Below are positions 62,345 to 64,000 of a stretch of DNA of 64,000 nucleotides, piece by piece. The translations under genes and the position numbers were made by a program. This DNA is from Amoeboaphelidium protococcarum X5 (taxonomy: Eukaryota > Fungi > Aphelidiomycota). The stretch is from the NCBI GenBank assembly GCA_023515725.1, contig JALDTO010000206.1, positions 268,189 to 332,188 of the forward strand, given 5' to 3'. Each line of letters opens with the position of its first letter. Position 1 is the stretch's first letter. The notes beneath the pieces are model-generated. The model was not told where the DNA came from. It searched no databases and worked only from the letters and a program-made list of their open reading frames with translations.

Positions 62345-64000
62345 ATGTCCAAGATATTTTACAAATTTAAGAGTTAGCGAGAGTACAAGACAATTGTGTT
62401 TGACGGACTCAGTATCAGTGTCTTTGATGTGAAGCGGGAGATTTTATTGCAGCAGAAGCTGGATGGTGTGGACTTTGATTTGGAGTTGCAGGATGCTGCC
62501 AGCGAGACTATCTACTATGAGGATAGTTAGATGATTTAGCGAAATGCATCGCTGTATGTCAGAAGAGTTCCTGCAAAGGCACCTCATAGTGCAGCGAAAT
62601 ATCTGGCTGGTTTGGGTGATTAGAATGCATCCACTAGCGGTCGAGATTAACAGAGCGTGATGCAGAGCGGTCTCCCTTCACTCGCTCAATTTGGTTCTTC
62701 CTCTCTACCAGGATTGGGTGGCAACATAACTAGTTAGTCGTCAGCGGCACCTTAATACCCTCAGTTCTATGGACTTCCTGGACTTTCATCTGCTGCCAAC
62801 TAGTTTACTCAAGCACAGCAAGTCAAAAGGGGACTAATTCAAGGTGAGACTGAGGAAGATTAGATCAGGTAGCTGTTTGAGTAGTCTGGCCAGTAATGGG
62901 ATTAATAGCAGTCATAGATTGGCCAGAGTTAATAAGGTAAAATGTAAAATATGATGATGCAAGGCAATAGAGCAGCAGGCACCGGTAGAAATGGATAGTA
63001 TTAGAACACTCACTTGGATCCGAATAAGCCTCCACCGCCCAATTATACTTGTCATCGCTGTGGAATCAAAGGTCATTATATTCAGTTCTGTCCCACTTGG
63101 AATAATCCTGCTTTCGATAACATTCGCATCAAGAAGACTACCGGTATTCCCCGCTCGTTCTTGAAGACTATTGGTAATATCACAGACTCTAATTTCACGG
63201 GCGCCGGTGCTGAAGGGAATGGTGAAGATAATGGAGGAGGAGTTAAAGCGATGGACGCTAGTTCACTTAATCCTTAAAAGCTTGAGGAAATGGGAGCCAA
63301 GTCTATAATGATCACACCTGAAGGTCAAGTTGTGATTGCACAAGTCAATGATGCATCGTTTAACAGATAGCTCCGCCGGGCTGGAGATGCAATGATGAGC
63401 AGTAGAGCTGGTGGCGGGCTCATGAACGATACTCTACGTGAATAGGCCAAGTAGCTGGAAGAGAGCGGAGTTGAGGAAAAGGGGCGCTTCATGAAGAAGA
63501 ATCTCATGTGTTCTATATGCGCCAATCTATTTAAAGAAGCTGTGAACATGGACTGCTGTAAACAGAAATACTGCCTGCAATGTACATAGTAAAAACTGAC
63601 CGAGTCTGCTGTGTAAGACGTTAATAACTAGCAAGTAATTATGCATTGTCCGAATTGTAATAAAGAAGTTGATTTTGATTCTCTTATCACAGATAAGCCT
63701 ATGCGTGCACAGGTTGATTTACACTTGAGATTCGTGGCGTAATACTTGAAAAAAACTGCCGGCACCGATAGTGGTGGTGCTGATGGTACTTCAACAGCGG
63801 GCGGTAAAGTGTCTTATAATAGCAGTATGGGTGACAATGTTGTAATTAAAATGAATGACAATACGAAAGAATATACAGCTTTCTACAACGGTGTAGCTTT
63901 GCCTTACAAGTGCGGTCCCGATGGCTTGCCAGTGCATGTGAGCAATAACAGTGCGGAACTTGCGCGCTTAAGATTCGATCCTCACTTTGAACCTCATCCG
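62345..64000 (+). CDS. MPE1: Mpe1/RBBP6 (DWNN, zinc knuckle, RING); runs off the window
   Basis: IFYKFKSQRE...FDGLSISVFDVKREI; PPPNYTCHRCGIKGHYIQFCPT; IKKTTGIPRSFL; CSIC...CC...C..C. Confidence 0.93.

Overview
This is gene-dense eukaryotic nuclear DNA with short GT-AG introns, and it uses a non-standard genetic code. TAA and TAG encode Gln and TGA is the normal stop (translation table 6), so the supplied standard-code ORF track is fragmented. Re-translating by eye gives about 30 protein genes: Ydc2-like resolvase, EF1B, ISWI, two Ash1-type GATA proteins, EIF1AD, bZIP, ING, RPC19, CEP350-like, CSPP1-like, AKTIP, carnitine acetyltransferase, receptor-like kinase, MCR1, BRR2, Unkempt-like CCCH, DBT, eIF2B-gamma, CTK1, a GT8-GT49 fusion, LKB1, RIX7/NVL, MPE1 and several orphans. 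It also holds an intronic U18 snoRNA, a tRNA-Trp(CCA), a nuclease-like pseudogene and a patch of decayed transposons. The fungus-related gene content plus the TAR=Gln code points to an aphelid such as Amoeboaphelidium protococcarum (inference). Main leads: (1) LKB1 ends in a CaaX motif followed by TAA, suggesting UAA may still terminate there; (2) a ~3 kb cassette flanked by long direct repeats carries an orphan Cys/His protein and an array of 177-178 bp hairpin-forming repeats; (3) BRR2 lacks the second RecA domain of its C-terminal cassette; (4) a LARGE-like GT8+GT49 enzyme. All family calls come from recognising motifs by eye; no database search was run.
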